A stretch of DNA of 18,249 nt, taken from the NCBI GenBank assembly GCA_043826355.1, contig JBDRQI010000019.1, forward strand, positions 1-18,249. Direction: 5' to 3'. The stretch is from Candidatus Omnitrophota bacterium (GTDB lineage Bacteria; Ratteibacteria; UBA8468; MWAK01). The notes under the pieces are model-generated. The model ran no database searches and was not told the DNA's origin. It was given only the letters and a program-made list of their open reading frames with translations. The position numbers were made by a program, and so were the translations under genes. This document shows positions 16,687-18,249 of the stretch, in pieces. How positions within the stretch are numbered: the stretch's first letter is position 1; each line of letters opens with the position of its first letter.

Positions 16687-16737
16687 AAAAGACGCCTCCG
16701 TTGGCTGGAATGAAATGAACCTATCAATAGTCTTGCC

Positions 16738-16763
16738 CCTGCCTGCGCCAAGACTTCGGCAGG
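16738..16763. repeat. REP-like palindrome CCTGCC...GGCAGG
   Basis: CCTGCC-TGCGCCAAGACTTC-GGCAGG is a GC-rich island in an AT-rich intergenic gap, about 50 bp upstream of the inferred ATG 16686. Confidence 0.5.
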
Positions 16764-16928
16764 TAAACCTTGCACCGGTTATCAAATTCAATTAGCTCTG
16801 TCCAGCACCATTTTACATATTCTTTCATGTTACTCCGACTGAACGCCTATAGGCCTGGGGATAATGTGATACATTTATTCTTGCGCTCCGTTTTATATAA
16901 ACTTTTTCCTTCTAATTTCCAACACACC

Positions 16929-17783
16929 TTAACGACTCAAACAAAATATTGCCCCGACCGCGAAAAAAATGCCGGTTATTCTTGCCATTGTTACCTCTTC
17001 TTTTAAAAATAAAACCGCCAAGATGCTGGTTATGATAAAACTCAGTTGCGAAATCGGGACGGCAATAATAGCCTCGCCTCCCTTTACTGCAAGAAGCAAA
17101 AACAGTACTATTCCCGCGACAAGAAAACCTGAAATGCCGGAGTAAATGATTATCTTGCGGCTGATGAATGTTCCCCGCTCAAAAAAAGAGGCGTAGATTA
17201 ATCCACCTAAAATCCATGAGCAGGCATTAACAAGTAAAAAAGTGTTATTAGCAACGTTATGATTAATGGCAACCTTGTAAAAGAATCCCATTAATCCCCG
17301 CAGAATTGATGCGACAATGACTAAAAAAAGAAAAGATAACTTATAAATATGATGCTTCTTTTGTTCTTGATTGTTTTTTGAAAGAAAAAGAGCAGAACCA
17401 ATTGCCAGTAACCCGCCCCCGAGTTTAAACATCGTTAGCGATTCTCTAAGGAACAACGGTGCCAGAATAATAACCACAACGAAGTTTAACCGATAGATAG
17501 TGGAACCAATGGTTGCATCTGTTTCGCGCAAACCTTCTAAAAGAAAAACCTGTGCAACGATAGAAAAAAATCCGCATATAAGGCCGTAGATTACCGTGTT
17601 TGAATTAAACTTTAGTCCGTCAGAAAATAATGACGCGGTATAAAATACAAGGGCCCAAATTACTCCGGTCAAGGAGAGATAGATGCCGTTTAAACGACTT
17701 TTTGATACATATCTTTTAAAAATAAAGTCGTTAACTCCCGCACAGAACATGCTTCCCAAAGCAAAAATAACCGGATAATTCAT
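16929..17783 (-). CDS. EamA/DMT-family transporter
   Basis: 284 aa with about 10 hydrophobic segments and a twofold internal repeat ('LAPLFLRESLT' / 'LAVLFLKEEVT'). Confidence 0.92.
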   Translation of the reverse strand: MNYPVIFALGSMFCAGVNDFIFKRYVSKSRLNGIYLSLTGVIWALVFYTASLFSDGLKFNSNTVIYGLICGFFSIVAQVFLLEGLRETDATIGSTIYRLNFVVVIILAPLFLRESLTMFKLGGGLLAIGSALFLSKNNQEQKKHHIYKLSFLFLVIVASILRGLMGFFYKVAINHNVANNTFLLVNACSWILGGLIYASFFERGTFISRKIIIYSGISGFLVAGIVLFLLLAVKGGEAIIAVPISQLSFIITSILAVLFLKEEVTMARITGIFFAVGAIFCLSR

Positions 17784-17825
17784 CTCGCTTTCGTTCTTCC
17801 GCCTTTGCAGCTTTGTTTGTTATGT

Positions 17826-18010
17826 ATAGCCATCTCTCAACTTCGCTTGCTGAAAGATAACTTTTCCCTTTCCCCCAAAACGGTGCTTGGTAATTCCGAA
17901 TATGATCCGGGTTCTCTTATTGAAATTATTGCCAATGAACTAAAAGCAAAGTCGCGGATTGCTAAAAATACCAGAGGGGGTGCAAGCCCTATTTTAAAAC
18001 TTTCTTCTAT
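17826..18010 (+). pseudogene. Probable internal fragment of a DDE transposase (IS4/IS5/IS1182-like)
   Basis: Reads 'LKDNFSLSPKTVLGNSEYDPGSLIEIIANELKAKSRIAKNTR', matching the '(G/A)DxxYD...elka...I..NpR' segment around the second catalytic Asp (here Asn). No start codon, termini or further transposase sequence is present. Confidence 0.45.
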
Positions 18011-18013
18011 GCT

Positions 18014-18249
18014 ACCCCTAAATCCGTCAGGATCAACAGGCTCAATCAAACTTCCTTTAGATATACCTTTCGGCGCTCTTTTTGGGATAGCCTGGCGGCC
18101 GTCGCGACAGTGATACATTCAATCATTTCTTCATAAGGAACCGGGGGCTTATTAGTTTTAACCATCTCCTTTATTCTCTTCAGGATTTTGGTTGCCGCCC
18201 AGGGAAATTCAAAATCCCCTAAGTTTGGTGAATGAATAGCACCCCATTG
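18014..18249 (-). repeat. Right arm of the long inverted repeat, paired with 155-390
   Basis: Position x pairs with 18404-x through the coding part; the last 132 bp are exactly identical to the left arm. Confidence 0.97.
18046..18249 (-). CDS. 3' part of a probable Gfo/Idh/MocA-family oxidoreductase (copy 2, 5'-truncated by the window edge; missing from the ORF track)
   Basis: The minus strand reads QWGAIHSPNLGDFEFPWAATKILKRIKEMVKTNKPPVPYEEMIECITVATAARLSQKERRKVYLKEV*, with TGA at 18048-18046, the same stop position as in copy 1. Confidence 0.8.
   Translation of the reverse strand, partial: QWGAIHSPNLGDFEFPWAATKILKRIKEMVKTNKPPVPYEEMIECITVATAARLSQKERRKVYLKEV

Noticed and set aside
16845..16854. 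10-bp perfect palindrome GCCTATAGGC as an operator
   Set aside because: It is short enough to occur by chance, I noticed no second copy, and no regulator is encoded nearby.
17837..18118. 93-aa minus-strand ORF
   Set aside because: It is an off-frame overlap with oxidoreductase copy 2 and is antisense to the putative transposase relic.
1..18249. CRISPR array, tRNA/rRNA, or diversity-generating retroelement (TR/VR) explanation for the repeat
   Set aside because: I saw no spaced direct repeats or RNA genes. Several arm mismatches involve A, but not all do (G/T, T/C), and no reverse transcriptase is present.

Overview
This is a bacterial accessory region, mostly one long minus-strand run of genes (17783 down to about 2283) that looks like a mosaic glycan or amino-sugar utilisation locus. 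In transcription order it holds an EamA/DMT transporter, a large secreted CBM9-like + TIM-barrel + CBM32-like protein, a secreted LamG protein, a heparinase II/III-like protein, an aldo/keto reductase, a ThDP-dependent E1 alpha/beta pair without E2/E3, an amidohydrolase, a class-III aminotransferase, a split transketolase, a URO-D/MtaA-fold protein and a truncated GH3 gene. On the left, a degenerate IS3-family element (689-1979, 25-bp imperfect IRs, GTT target duplication) interrupts a plus-strand gene. That gene and the GH3 gene are both cut off at the same point (about 2278-2285). The two ends of the window carry inverted copies of the 3' end of the same probable Gfo/Idh/MocA oxidoreductase gene: 132 bp identical, then abruptly diverged. 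Intergenic gaps hold a nested GTAG-type REP palindrome, another REP-like palindrome, a probable DDE transposase relic and a coupled mini-ORF. All family calls come from motif recognition only; no database searches were run.
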